Shown in pieces: positions 46,606 to 56,254 of a stretch of 64,000 nt of DNA (position 1 is the first letter of the stretch; each line of letters opens with the position of its first letter). Origin of the DNA: Candidatus Dojkabacteria bacterium (GTDB lineage Bacteria > Patescibacteriota > Dojkabacteria > J137); assembly GCA_040006935.1 (NCBI GenBank), contig JBDTVZ010000001.1, forward strand, positions 359,772 through 423,771, read 5' to 3'. A program made the translations under genes and the position numbers. A model generated the notes under the pieces. It ran no database searches. It was not told the origin of the DNA and saw nothing but the letters and a program-made list of their open reading frames with translations.

Positions 46606-47286
46606 TTACAGAGTTTCAAAAGAATTAAGAATGGCATTAAATTCATCTTTATTAGTACTACCATTCTCTAAAGAAATAGTTACATAAATTGTATTACCTG
46701 TAAATTTACTTGTAAAAGAATACTGAGCTTGGTGGAATGAAAGCCCACTTAAAGTACCATCCCATTCTATTTTACACACTTCTTGACCATTAACTGTTAC
46801 TACAGCACTTGTAGCAGATTGTGGGTCAACATTTAAACTATCCTTAATACTACCAATTAGTTCTGTTTTATAACTTGAACAACCTAGTGAAGTTGCTTCT
46901 ACTGTTTCATTGGAAGAATAGACATTCATATTATCGTTAAAATCACCAGCAACATTTAAACTAGGATCTTTACTGTAAACATAAATAATATCTGCAGAAT
47001 CATCTAATACAAATTTTTTAGGGTAAGAGAAAGTAAATTCAAATGAATCTTTTCCATCATATTGAAGAGTATTTGAAGTTGTAGGTTGAGGTTGTGGAAC
47101 TGGTACTGGTGCTGGAGTAACAATAGGTGGTGTCGCACAAGGACCAGTAGTTGAACTAAAGAATGGACCTTTGTAACTACAGGTTCCATTAACTTCAAAA
47201 TGACCAATGAATGCAAATCCTGCTAGCACACTACAACAACAGCACAGGGGGATTAATATTAACAAAGCTATAACTACTTTCTTCAT
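46606..47286 (-). CDS. secreted hypothetical protein (signal peptide, Cys-rich N-terminus)
   Basis: N-terminal MKKVVIALLILIPLCCCCSVLAG. Confidence 0.5.
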   Translation of the reverse strand: MKKVVIALLILIPLCCCCSVLAGFAFIGHFEVNGTCSYKGPFFSSTTGPCATPPIVTPAPVPVPQPQPTTSNTLQYDGKDSFEFTFSYPKKFVLDDSADIIYVYSKDPSLNVAGDFNDNMNVYSSNETVEATSLGCSSYKTELIGSIKDSLNVDPQSATSAVVTVNGQEVCKIEWDGTLSGLSFHQAQYSFTSKFTGNTIYVTISLENGSTNKDEFNAILNSFETL

Positions 47287-47363
47287 AAAAAGAGGTAAAA
47301 ATTAGATTTAGAGAATTATATCAGAATTAGAAATGAAGGGGATAAAACAGAAGTTTGATAATT

Positions 47364-47439
47364 TGGTGCCAGAGGGCGGACTCGGACCGCCGACACCTCG
47401 CTCTTCAGGCGAGTGCTCTACCAGCTGAGCTACCCTAGC
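47364..47439 (-). tRNA. tRNA-Phe (anticodon GAA), CCA encoded
   Basis: GCTAGGG acceptor, D-arm GCTC-AGCTGGTA-GAGC, anticodon loop CUGAAGA, T-arm GGCGG-TCCGAGT-CCGCC, 3' CCA present. Confidence 0.85.
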
Positions 47440-47507
47440 AACCAAATGCTGATAATTATAATAAAATTATCCAGTATACACAATACTAAAATCATTTTCA
47501 GACTCTT

Positions 47508-47969
47508 TTATTGCTCCCCCAGAAGACTTTTCAATTGCACACAAAAGGCTTCGAGTTCTTTTACAATATCCCTATCCTTTTGACCCATAAATGTAAAAGT
47601 TCCATTTGTGTCTATATTTTTATTGATGTGAACTGTAAGAGCACAGATAAAATCAAATAGGTCTTTAGCAGCGGCACTGCCATTTTTTAAAGCTAAAACA
47701 CTGAAAGTAGGATCTGAAGATTTAAAATCATCTAGGAGTTTCTTTACAGTATTAAGCCACTTTTTACTCTCAAACCCTCCTAGCGAGGATACATTTACAG
47801 CTTGAATTAACATTTCTAAACTTCCTAGCGAGGCTATTAGCTTTAATTGGTTATTATCGAAATTACCTAATGTCTCATCAGTATTTAAAATTACAGTAGT
47901 CTCTTCGGGTAGAACGTCCACTAATTCTGTACTGGAAGAGTCTGCATCTAATGTGTCAGCCATAAACAT
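47508..47969 (-). CDS. hypothetical protein
   Basis: ORF only. Confidence 0.45.
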   Translation of the reverse strand: MFMADTLDADSSSTELVDVLPEETTVILNTDETLGNFDNNQLKLIASLGSLEMLIQAVNVSSLGGFESKKWLNTVKKLLDDFKSSDPTFSVLALKNGSAAAKDLFDFICALTVHINKNIDTNGTFTFMGQKDRDIVKELEAFCVQLKSLLGEQ

Positions 47970-48256
47970 ACTTTAATTTATATAAGATTACGATGTTACC
48001 AAATTATGGTAATTGTGTACACTTTTATCTACTAATATATGAATACAGAGAGAGGGTAACATCTCTTAGCTGAAATAACAAAAGAGTATAATAGATGGGC
48101 TAAAGCCAATAGAAATCTTGAAATTCGCAAGCTCACCTAGATTTCTAATTGTAAAGTCTTACAAGAAATCAAAAAGATGTAGATTAATATAAAAGCTAGT
48201 ATAATAAGTTGAGATTCAACTATTAACTAAGAACTCTTAACTATTAACTAATTTCA

Positions 48257-49537
48257 ATGTCTTCATTAGTAATACAAGGTGGTCATGCTTTAAACGGAAC
48301 CGTTGTTCCAATGCCTAACAAAAATTCGATACTTAAGCTTATTCCTGCAGCTGTTTTAACAGATGCTCCAGTTACATTTCACAATGTTCCAAAAAGCTCT
48401 GCTGTACGTATTCTATTACAGATTTTTAGACAACTTGGTGGGAAAGTAGCGTATCTAAAAGGTGATTCAATAAGATTGGATGGTGCAGGAATTAATACTT
48501 CAGCAATTAACGAAGAACTAGCTGGGAAAGAAAGAGCTTCTTTTTTATTTTTAGGACCTTTGGTTTCTAGATTCGGAAGTGCTTCCATTAGAGATGGTGG
48601 AGGATGCAAATTAGGGAATAGACCATTAGATACGATGTTTCAAGGTTTGGAAGGACTTGGAGTTCAAGTTGATAAAGGTGATGGATACAAGATTAAAGCT
48701 AAAGAATTAAAAGGTGCTCATATTTGGTTAATTGAAGCTTCAGTTACAGGAACAGAAAATTTAGTATTAGCCGCAGTTAAAGCAAAAGGAATCACAACAA
48801 TTTACAATGCAGCTTGTGAGCCGCACACTCAAGATTTATGTAATTTCCTAGTTTCTGTTGGAGCAAAAATTGAAGGAATTGGAACAAATAAATTAGTTAT
48901 TGAAGGAGTTGAGAACTTAAGTGGAGGAGAGTGGACAGTAATTTCTGACCATGTAGATATCGGTGGATTGATTGTTGCTGCATTAGTTACGGACGGTGAA
49001 TTAACAATTAAGAATGCAATCCCAGAGCACATGACTCAAATTATTAATTACTTTAGAAAGCTAAATGCCAAGATTACTATAAAAGGGAAGGATATTCATA
49101 TTCCAAAAGATCAGGATTTAAAAGCATTGCCAAATATTAAAGGTGATATGGATAAGATTAACGACCTGCCATGGCCAGGATTTCCTGTAGACTTGATTCC
49201 ACAGGCATTAATTCTTGCTTTAAAAGCTAAAGGAAATATTAGAGTTTATTCTAATTTATACGAAGTTCAATTAATTGAATTGTTTGCAGAATTGTTTAAG
49301 ATGCAAGCAAAAATGACAATGGCGAATCCTAATATGATTTTGACCCATGGAGCAACTGAATTTGTTGGAACAAAAGTAAATGCTTCTACAATTTTACAAT
49401 GTACACATGCATTAGTACTTGCAGGACTGGCAGCAAGAGGAAAAACAACAGTAGAAAATGCAGATATTATTTATAGAAGATTCCCTGAAATTGTTCAAAC
49501 TTTAAATGCACTTGGTGCGAAAATTGAGAAGGCTTAA
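48257..49537 (+). CDS. murA: UDP-N-acetylglucosamine 1-carboxyvinyltransferase
   Basis: EPT-family N-terminus LVIQGGHALNGTVVPMPNKNSILK and catalytic-loop region GGCKLGNRPLD. Confidence 0.9.
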   Translation: MSSLVIQGGHALNGTVVPMPNKNSILKLIPAAVLTDAPVTFHNVPKSSAVRILLQIFRQLGGKVAYLKGDSIRLDGAGINTSAINEELAGKERASFLFLGPLVSRFGSASIRDGGGCKLGNRPLDTMFQGLEGLGVQVDKGDGYKIKAKELKGAHIWLIEASVTGTENLVLAAVKAKGITTIYNAACEPHTQDLCNFLVSVGAKIEGIGTNKLVIEGVENLSGGEWTVISDHVDIGGLIVAALVTDGELTIKNAIPEHMTQIINYFRKLNAKITIKGKDIHIPKDQDLKALPNIKGDMDKINDLPWPGFPVDLIPQALILALKAKGNIRVYSNLYEVQLIELFAELFKMQAKMTMANPNMILTHGATEFVGTKVNASTILQCTHALVLAGLAARGKTTVENADIIYRRFPEIVQTLNALGAKIEKA

Positions 49538-49538
49538 T

Positions 49539-50297
49539 ATGAGCACACTTACTGTTAAGATTGATGATAAGGATTTGAAATTTACCACATACTCTTTTGG
49601 GGATATACTTGCAGGTTTTAGTCTAGGAAAGAATGTGAACTACCACCCTTTATCTGATATAAATTTACAACTAACTTCAAAAGTTCTAAATAAACTAGAT
49701 TTATCAGGATCTTTCTTAAAAATAAAAACAGAGCATAAAGATAAAATATTAATTAACTCTGACTCTGAGGAAGCAGATGCAATTATCTCAACATCAGGAA
49801 AACCAATAATTCTTTCTCCAGCCGATTGTATAGGACTAATCCTTATTGATACAAAATCAAATTCTTATGGTCTTTGCCATGTTGGAAGAGCAGGTGTTGG
49901 ATACAATATTGTTGAAAAATTTATTAATAAATTCCTTGAAATAATAGATTCAACTACATACGAAAATAATCAATTTCAATTTATAATTTCTCCTAATATC
50001 GACCACGAGAATTACCCTCATAACGATGATGCTTTTATCTATACTGATAGTAAGCCTAATTGGTGGTTTAACAACCAAGAGTTGCTAAATAAAAAGGATG
50101 GTACATTTTTTCCTAATCTTGAAGGTGCTGTTATTAAACAAATCAAAGAGAGTAAATTAAAAGACGACTCTTATGAAATTATCTCATCAGGTTTAAGTAC
50201 GTTTAAGGAAGATATGCATTCTAATGCCAGAGATACGCATGAAAGTATTAAGGAGAAAAGAAGAAATTTAGTATTTGTTGGTCACTTAGATAGATAA
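49539..50297 (+). CDS. PgeF/YfiH (DUF152) family protein
   Basis: SPADCIGLILID....GLCHVGRAGVG matches the ADCxP...HAGWRG core; start set at MSTLTV, 1 nt after the murA stop. Confidence 0.6.
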   Translation: MSTLTVKIDDKDLKFTTYSFGDILAGFSLGKNVNYHPLSDINLQLTSKVLNKLDLSGSFLKIKTEHKDKILINSDSEEADAIISTSGKPIILSPADCIGLILIDTKSNSYGLCHVGRAGVGYNIVEKFINKFLEIIDSTTYENNQFQFIISPNIDHENYPHNDDAFIYTDSKPNWWFNNQELLNKKDGTFFPNLEGAVIKQIKESKLKDDSYEIISSGLSTFKEDMHSNARDTHESIKEKRRNLVFVGHLDR

Positions 50298-50600
50298 TAT
50301 CCTAATCTGGTATAATTCGAAATAATTAAATTTATTTCATGATTCGCACCAGAAAAATTCTCCGACATAAATATTTGGATTATTCAAACAATCGAAAATA
50401 TTTCATTACAATTTGTACAAAATACAGAATTAATCATTTTGGTGAAATTAAAAATAACAAAATGTTTTATTCTGATATTGGATTGATTGCCAGAGAATAT
50501 TTGGAAACAATTCCCAGGCATTTTATATTTTGTGAAATTGATTCGTTTGTTGTTATGCCGAATCATGTACATATGGTTGTGGTGTTGAATGAATATGTAG

Positions 50601-50620
50601 GGGTCGCCCATGGGCGACCC
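50601..50620. repeat. REP-like palindrome type 1 (GGGTCGCCCATGGGCGACCC) inside the tnpA coding sequence, preceded by TATGTAGG
   Basis: Perfect 20-bp palindrome, ~75% GC in a ~33% GC gene. Confidence 0.8.
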
Positions 50621-50645
50621 AATGATTTTGGTATGACGAATAATC

Positions 50646-50670
50646 GGGACGCCGATCGGCGTCCCCTACA
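50646..50670. repeat. REP-like palindrome type 2 (GGGACGCCGATCGGCGTCCC-CTACA) inside tnpA, inverted relative to the type 1 copy
   Basis: Same stem as the GTAGGGGACGCA...TGCGTCCC elements at 6179, 16206, 28034. Confidence 0.8.
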
Positions 50671-50902
50671 ATTACAAAATCCGATGAATGTATCAATACC
50701 AAAAATAATCAATCATTACAAAGGGTCTGTAACGCGTATTGTCCAAAATGAATTCAATAATTTTGATTTCCAATGGCAACGTTCATACCACGACCATATA
50801 ATCCGCAACGACCACGAATTAAACCGAATTCAAATTTACATAAACCACAACATATTAAATTGGAACAAAGATATTAATAATAAATAATGATAAAATCTTT
50901 CT

Positions 50903-51928
50903 ATGCAAAAATTCCAAAACCACAACATTAAAGAATTCAATACATTCCACATTGCAGTAAATGCAAGGGAATTTATCATTATCGAAAATTCCTCTGAGCT
51001 CATAGAACTTTATAAAAAAAACCTCTTCAAAAATAAATTCTTTATTTTAGGGTCAGGAAGCAATTTGCTTTTCACAAAGGATTTTGATGGTGCAATTATC
51101 CAAATAGATAATCGCGGAATCAAAGTAGTTAACGAAACACCTGAGCATATATTTGTAGAATCAGAAGCTGGGGAAGATTGGGATGAGTTTGTAGGTAAAA
51201 CAATGGAAATGAATGCATATGGATTAGAAAACCTATCTTTAATTCCCGGATCTGTAGGAGCATCCGCGGTTCAAAATATTGGAGCTTACGGAGTTGAGGC
51301 TAAAGATTTTATAGAGTCTGTTGAGTTTTTTCATTTAGAAGATGGGAAGTTCCATAAAGCTGTTAACTCCGAGCTAGGATTCAAATATAGAGATAGTATT
51401 TTTAAACACGATCTTAAAGATAAAGCCATTGTTACAAAAATTACTTTTAAATTAAATAAGAAACCGGCATTAAAACTTGAGTATGCCGATGTATTGAAAG
51501 AGATAGAGAGTAGAGGACTAGATAAAAACAAACTTCATCCGAAAGAATTAAGAAATCTGATTATCGATATTAGAAATAATAAATTAGAAAACCCAAAACT
51601 GATCGGCAACTCCGGTAGTTTTTTCAAAAATCCAATAATATCTAACGATAAAATTGATGAATTAACAAAAGATTACCCAAGTTTAAAATCAAATTATGTT
51701 ACCGATTCTGAATCTAAAATTTCTGCAGGGTGGCTGATAGAGCAAGCTGGGTGGAAAGGATGGATATCAATCGATAAACAGTATGGAGTATCACCTAAGC
51801 ACGCCTTAGTTATAGTAAACTATTCCAATGCAAAAGGAGTGGACATACTAACTCTTGCTAAACACATTAAAAGCTCTGTTAAAGAAAATTTCGGAGTAGA
51901 GTTAGAGGAAGAAGTAATTATAATATAA
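50903..51928 (+). CDS. murB: UDP-N-acetylenolpyruvoylglucosamine reductase
   Basis: FAD-binding FILGSGSNLLF and C-terminal MurB domain (AGWLIEQAGWKG, KHALVIVN). Confidence 0.85.
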   Translation: MQKFQNHNIKEFNTFHIAVNAREFIIIENSSELIELYKKNLFKNKFFILGSGSNLLFTKDFDGAIIQIDNRGIKVVNETPEHIFVESEAGEDWDEFVGKTMEMNAYGLENLSLIPGSVGASAVQNIGAYGVEAKDFIESVEFFHLEDGKFHKAVNSELGFKYRDSIFKHDLKDKAIVTKITFKLNKKPALKLEYADVLKEIESRGLDKNKLHPKELRNLIIDIRNNKLENPKLIGNSGSFFKNPIISNDKIDELTKDYPSLKSNYVTDSESKISAGWLIEQAGWKGWISIDKQYGVSPKHALVIVNYSNAKGVDILTLAKHIKSSVKENFGVELEEEVIII

Positions 51929-52591
51929 AATCGATTTTAAACGACTTCCTAGACATTCTAAGTATAAATTAACAATATACCCTAACTTTTAGAATAAAAA
52001 CCAACCTTCATACTTACACTTATCAAAGCCCTAAGTGCCGAGATATTGTTTCCGGATTCAAATGAATAAAAGTTCAATTTAGAAATTCTATATATCTATT
52101 CTGGAGAGACTTTACATATAGCTTTTAAGTAGAGGTTTTATCTACTTAAACTTCTGTTCCACGTAACTCGTAGATTTTGATACTATTTTTTAAATAGAAT
52201 AACCATGATACTTTTCTCTCCAATTAATAGAATGTAAGTTTAAATAGATAGTGCTATTAGAGGGTTTTAGGCTTTTCAAGTATCAGCATGTTAATAAAAT
52301 TAGAAACTGACCTCTTTTTAGAGGTATACTTACGTTGGTTAAATTTGAATAATTCGAGGGTAAATTTATACTTTACGCTTTAATAATCTATAAAAATCTA
52401 ATATATTAAGGTGATGACACATTAATTTTTCGTATAAATATTTACAACATAGCGTTTAGAATAATAAATCTAAATGAGACATTTTCATCAATTTACCAAA
52501 AGGGGCGTTTTTTACTATTTGTGACGTATTGGAACGCAAAATATGTAAATGTAAAATTTCTAAATTAATCGCGTAACACAAAATTTATAAA

Positions 52592-54430
52592 ATGAGCAAA
52601 ATACGAACACTTCCAGAAAATTTAATTAACATGATTGCAGCCGGAGAGGTAGTAGAAAGACCAGCTTCTGCAGCAAAAGAGCTTATCGAAAACTCTATAG
52701 ATGCAGGAGCAACAGAGATTATCTTAAAAATCGAAGACTTTGGTAAAAAGTTAATAGAAATTTCTGATAATGGTGTAGGTATGGATAAAGACGACGCACT
52801 GAAAGCATTCGAGCAACATACAACCTCTAAAATCTCTCAAGAAAACGATCTCTATAATATAGTTACTCTTGGTTTTAGAGGAGAGGCTCTTGCAAGTATT
52901 TCATCTGTTGCGGACTCTATAATAATAGAGACAAAATCTAAAGATATCGAAGCTGTTAAATTGAATATTAAGAATACTCATAGAGAGTTTGAGAATTCTG
53001 CAAGAACAGATAACGGCACAATCATTAGTATTTCAAGTTTATTTAAGAACGTTCCTGCGAGATTAAAATTCTTAAAATCAGATGCAACAGAGCTTAAGTA
53101 TATAACTACAACTTTCACAGATATCGCATTAAGCCATCTAAATATACGGTTCGAGATGTATCACAATGGGAAACTTTTATATCGTCTTCCTAATACGACA
53201 AGCGCTAAAGACAGAATTTTCGATATATATGGTAAGAATGTTGCCGAGAGTTTGTTCAATGAATCCCATTTTGACGGGAAATCGTATCAAATAACTGCAT
53301 TGTTTTGTAAGCCAGAACTAGCAAAGAAAATATCAACTATTCAGTACATATCCTTAAACGGTAGAGCCATTAACAGCAAGATAATATCAGTTGCAGTTCA
53401 GCAAGCTTACCAAGGGTTTATCCACAAAGATTTGAAGCCACATTACTTCCTTTTTATACACATGGATCCATCAATAGTTGATGTAAATGTACACCCTAGA
53501 AAGTTAGAAGTTAGGTTCGAAAATCAAGATCAAATCTTTAAAGATATATTCCGATTGACTAGAAACTCACTCGAAAATAGTACAAAACTAGATACTGGTA
53601 TTAATAGAGAAGAGGAGATCAAGTCTTCAGAAGTTCGTGAAAACATTACAAATCAAGGTAGTTCAAACTTTAAGTCAAATTATATTTATCCAAAAAATAA
53701 TTATAGTTTTAAAGAAAAAGGTCAAAAAGTTAATGATTTAGTTAATTTTCAAAATATATTGAACGAAGCTCCAAGTTTCAATACAGCATATCGTTCCACG
53801 GAAAGACTCAATAATCTAGCAACTAGTAACCTGGAACTAGAAACCAATTTTAAACCTTTTCAAGTTCTAAATACATATATTGTATTTGAATCGAAAGATA
53901 AGGTTACTTTTATAGATCAACATGCTGCTGCAGAAAAGATATTGTTCGAGAAGATACTTTTTGGTTTAGGCGATATTAAAACTAAACCAATGTTAGTACC
54001 AGAAGTTGTTGGACTTAAAAACGAAGATAAGGCTCTTATTCTAGAAAAAGCAGATGATTTAAAAAGAATTGGAATAGGAGTAGAGGACTTTGGAGGGAAA
54101 GATATACAAATTACAGAAGTACCTGAAGAGTTAGAGGATCTTGATGTAAGAAAATATATAGACGCCATCTTAAATAATAACGAAGATTTTTCGCATTTAT
54201 CACATGTTTACGCGGGGGTTCCACTCTCAAGCGAACTTTATTACCTTGTAGCTATTACAGCGTGCCATGGTAGTATTAGAGCAGGACAGAAATTAAGTGA
54301 AACTGAAATGAAAAAGATAATTGAAGATTTGCCAGGCTTAAAGAATTCTCAAAGTTGCCCTCACGGAAGGCCAATTCGTTGGGTTCTTAACAAAAGCGAT
54401 ATCGAAAAGAATTTTAAAAGAATAATATGA
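52592..54430 (+). CDS. mutL: DNA mismatch repair protein MutL
   Basis: GHKL ATPase N-terminus IAAGEVVERPASAAKELIENSIDAGAT...DNGVGM and C-terminal dimerisation domain. Confidence 0.9.
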   Translation: MSKIRTLPENLINMIAAGEVVERPASAAKELIENSIDAGATEIILKIEDFGKKLIEISDNGVGMDKDDALKAFEQHTTSKISQENDLYNIVTLGFRGEALASISSVADSIIIETKSKDIEAVKLNIKNTHREFENSARTDNGTIISISSLFKNVPARLKFLKSDATELKYITTTFTDIALSHLNIRFEMYHNGKLLYRLPNTTSAKDRIFDIYGKNVAESLFNESHFDGKSYQITALFCKPELAKKISTIQYISLNGRAINSKIISVAVQQAYQGFIHKDLKPHYFLFIHMDPSIVDVNVHPRKLEVRFENQDQIFKDIFRLTRNSLENSTKLDTGINREEEIKSSEVRENITNQGSSNFKSNYIYPKNNYSFKEKGQKVNDLVNFQNILNEAPSFNTAYRSTERLNNLATSNLELETNFKPFQVLNTYIVFESKDKVTFIDQHAAAEKILFEKILFGLGDIKTKPMLVPEVVGLKNEDKALILEKADDLKRIGIGVEDFGGKDIQITEVPEELEDLDVRKYIDAILNNNEDFSHLSHVYAGVPLSSELYYLVAITACHGSIRAGQKLSETEMKKIIEDLPGLKNSQSCPHGRPIRWVLNKSDIEKNFKRII

Positions 54431-54957
54431 AAAATGCATCTAAATTTACAATTGGAACAATTATTATTGGAATAGGTGTAGCGCTAATATCTTGTTTCTC
54501 TTTCATAAAGTTGATAGTGCTTCAACCTGAAACAACTTTAATGGTGAATCCACCTACAAACATTCAAAACGTTGATAGTCGGCTTATAAGAACAAACGAT
54601 GATGACATTATCAACCTTTCTTTTAATAATCAAATAGTTAAAGCTACCATTGCAAGATCACCAGAAAAAACTGAAAAAGGACTAATGAATGTTACTGAAC
54701 TTAATGCAGACGAAGGAATGCTTTTTGTATTCGATGGCTTAAAACCACGAACATTTTGGATGAAAGATACCTTAATTTCCTTAGATATAATTTATCTTGA
54801 TCAGAACCTTAGAGTAGTGAATATGTATGACAACACAGCTCCAAATCAAACTACAGTAGTTTATTCTTCTCAATTACCTTCCAGTTATGTACTAGAAGTT
54901 AACGGTGGCACTGCGAAAAGACTCGGTTTAACCATCGGTGATTACTTTAGTATATAA
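54427..54957 (+). CDS. DUF192 family protein with N-terminal TM anchor
   Basis: GMLFVFD, FWMKDTLISLDIIYLD, VLEVNGG resemble DUF192 (COG1430). Confidence 0.6.
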   Translation: MKNASKFTIGTIIIGIGVALISCFSFIKLIVLQPETTLMVNPPTNIQNVDSRLIRTNDDDIINLSFNNQIVKATIARSPEKTEKGLMNVTELNADEGMLFVFDGLKPRTFWMKDTLISLDIIYLDQNLRVVNMYDNTAPNQTTVVYSSQLPSSYVLEVNGGTAKRLGLTIGDYFSI

Positions 54958-55101
54958 TCCAATAGGAAGATAAGTGTAAAATTTATGATCATATCTAAAA
55001 AAATAGAATAAATATTGTTGACATTTTTTCTAATTGTTTTATAATTTATATGTAAAGTTATGAAAGTAGCTTTACAGGTAAAAATAGTTAAAAGTGCAGT
55101 G

Positions 55102-55134
55102 AAAAATCCCGGTCAAACGGGATTTTTCATTTTT
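55102..55134. terminator. bidirectional rho-independent terminator-like hairpin (AAAAATCCCGGTCAAACGGGATTTTTCATTTTT)
   Basis: GC stem flanked by an A-run and a T-run. Confidence 0.6.
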
Positions 55135-55268
55135 GTAGCTAACTTAGCAACTCGAGTGATATAATCAATCGTAAATCTTTGTGAGCATAGCGAACATTAG
55201 ATTTATATTGTCCCGAGCGAAGCCGAGGGACCTAAACTTAAATACATAAAACAAATTGGAGGAAATCT

Positions 55269-55847
55269 ATGAGTTATATAGTACCAACAGTAATCGAACA
55301 AACAAGTAGAGGTGAAAGAGCGTATGATATTTATTCTAGAATGCTTAAAGAAAGAATAGTATTTGTATCTGGAGAAATAAATGATCAAATGGCAAATAGT
55401 ATTATTGCTCAATTGCTATTCTTGCAGAAAGAAGACGCTACTAAAGACATTGTTATGTACATTAATAGCCCTGGAGGACATGTCCAATCTGGAATGGCTA
55501 TTGTTGATACAATGAATCATATAAAACCCGATGTCTCTACTATTGTAGTAGGATGGGCTGCTTCTATGGGAGCTGTACTATTAGCAAGTGGGAAAAAAGG
55601 AAAGAGATTTGCATTAAAACATGCTGACGTTATGCTTCACCAACCGATGGGAGGAGCAGAGGGTCAAGCTACAGATATTGAAATTAGTGCTAAACATATT
55701 CTAAAGACAAGAGATAATCTTTATAAACACCTTGCAGAATGTACTAATCAGGCTAAAGAGAAGATAGAAAAAGACTTTGATAGAGATTACTGGATGGATG
55801 CAGAGCAATCAAAAGAGTACGGAATTATTGATAAGATTATTGATTAA
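55269..55847 (+). CDS. clpP: ATP-dependent Clp protease proteolytic subunit
   Basis: ClpP catalytic-triad context [17 protein letters not shown]. Confidence 0.9.
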   Translation: MSYIVPTVIEQTSRGERAYDIYSRMLKERIVFVSGEINDQMANSIIAQLLFLQKEDATKDIVMYINSPGGHVQSGMAIVDTMNHIKPDVSTIVVGWAASMGAVLLASGKKGKRFALKHADVMLHQPMGGAEGQATDIEISAKHILKTRDNLYKHLAECTNQAKEKIEKDFDRDYWMDAEQSKEYGIIDKIID

Positions 55848-56069
55848 GTTTAAAAGTTAAAATGTTTAAACGTTAAAAAGTTGAATAACGTTAGAACATT
55901 GTAACCATTTAACATTGAAACGATTTAGAGCAGTTAGCTCAGCTGCTCCAGAGATTCTTAAATGAGAACGATCCGCCTTGGGCGGAGAAGTTCGAATTTT
56001 AGAAGATCTTAGCACAAGGATATGAGCTACTAGAGGTGAAGTTTTAACAAATGGAAGGTGATAGTAATA

Positions 56070-56142
56070 GAGCAGTTAGCTCAGCTGGTAGAGCGCACCC
56101 TTGACGTGGGTAAGGTCACAGGTTCGATTCCTGTACTGCTCA
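56070..56142 (+). tRNA. tRNA-Val (anticodon GAC)
   Basis: GAGCAGT/ACTGCTC acceptor, D-arm GCTC-AGCTGGTA-GAGC, anticodon loop UUGACGU, T-arm ACAGG-TTCGATT-CCTGT. Confidence 0.8.
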
Positions 56143-56254
56143 ATAAGGCAATCGTTTTGTGAACGTAGTGAAATAAAACGATAATGCCGCATTAGTCCCG
56201 CAAAGCGGGGCTCAATAAGTCATTATTAATTAAAATATTAAAACTGGAAATAAA

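Larger units (their letters stand above)
50339..50887 (+). mobile_element. tnpA: IS200/RAYT-like HuH-Y1 transposase gene (REP-associated tyrosine transposase candidate) with an in-frame 25-codon palindrome-doublet insertion
   Basis: HuH motif MPNHVHMVV, IS200-like SIPKIINHYKGS, catalytic QRSYHDHII; no terminal hairpins; single gene between pgeF and murB. Confidence 0.8.

Noticed and set aside
46487-46687. 66-aa plus-strand ORF
   Set aside because: Starts inside tRNA-Val(UAC) on the opposite strand and overlaps the 3' end of the convergent 226-aa gene; likely spurious.
51929-52591. AT-rich gap considered as a replication origin
   Set aside because: No recognisable DnaA boxes (TTATCCACA or variants) and no dnaA/dnaN nearby.
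55923-56000. Possible additional tRNA (tRNA-like 5' end GAGCAGTTAGCTCAGCTG)
   Set aside because: After the D-arm start, the sequence cannot be folded into anticodon and T-arms; kept only as a fragment/duplication finding.
56143-56254. thrS leader considered as a T-box or tRNA-mimic operator
   Set aside because: Only a single small hairpin (CCCGCAAAGCGGGG); no T-box conserved sequence (AATTAGGGTGGTACCGCG-like) or specifier-loop architecture was discernible.
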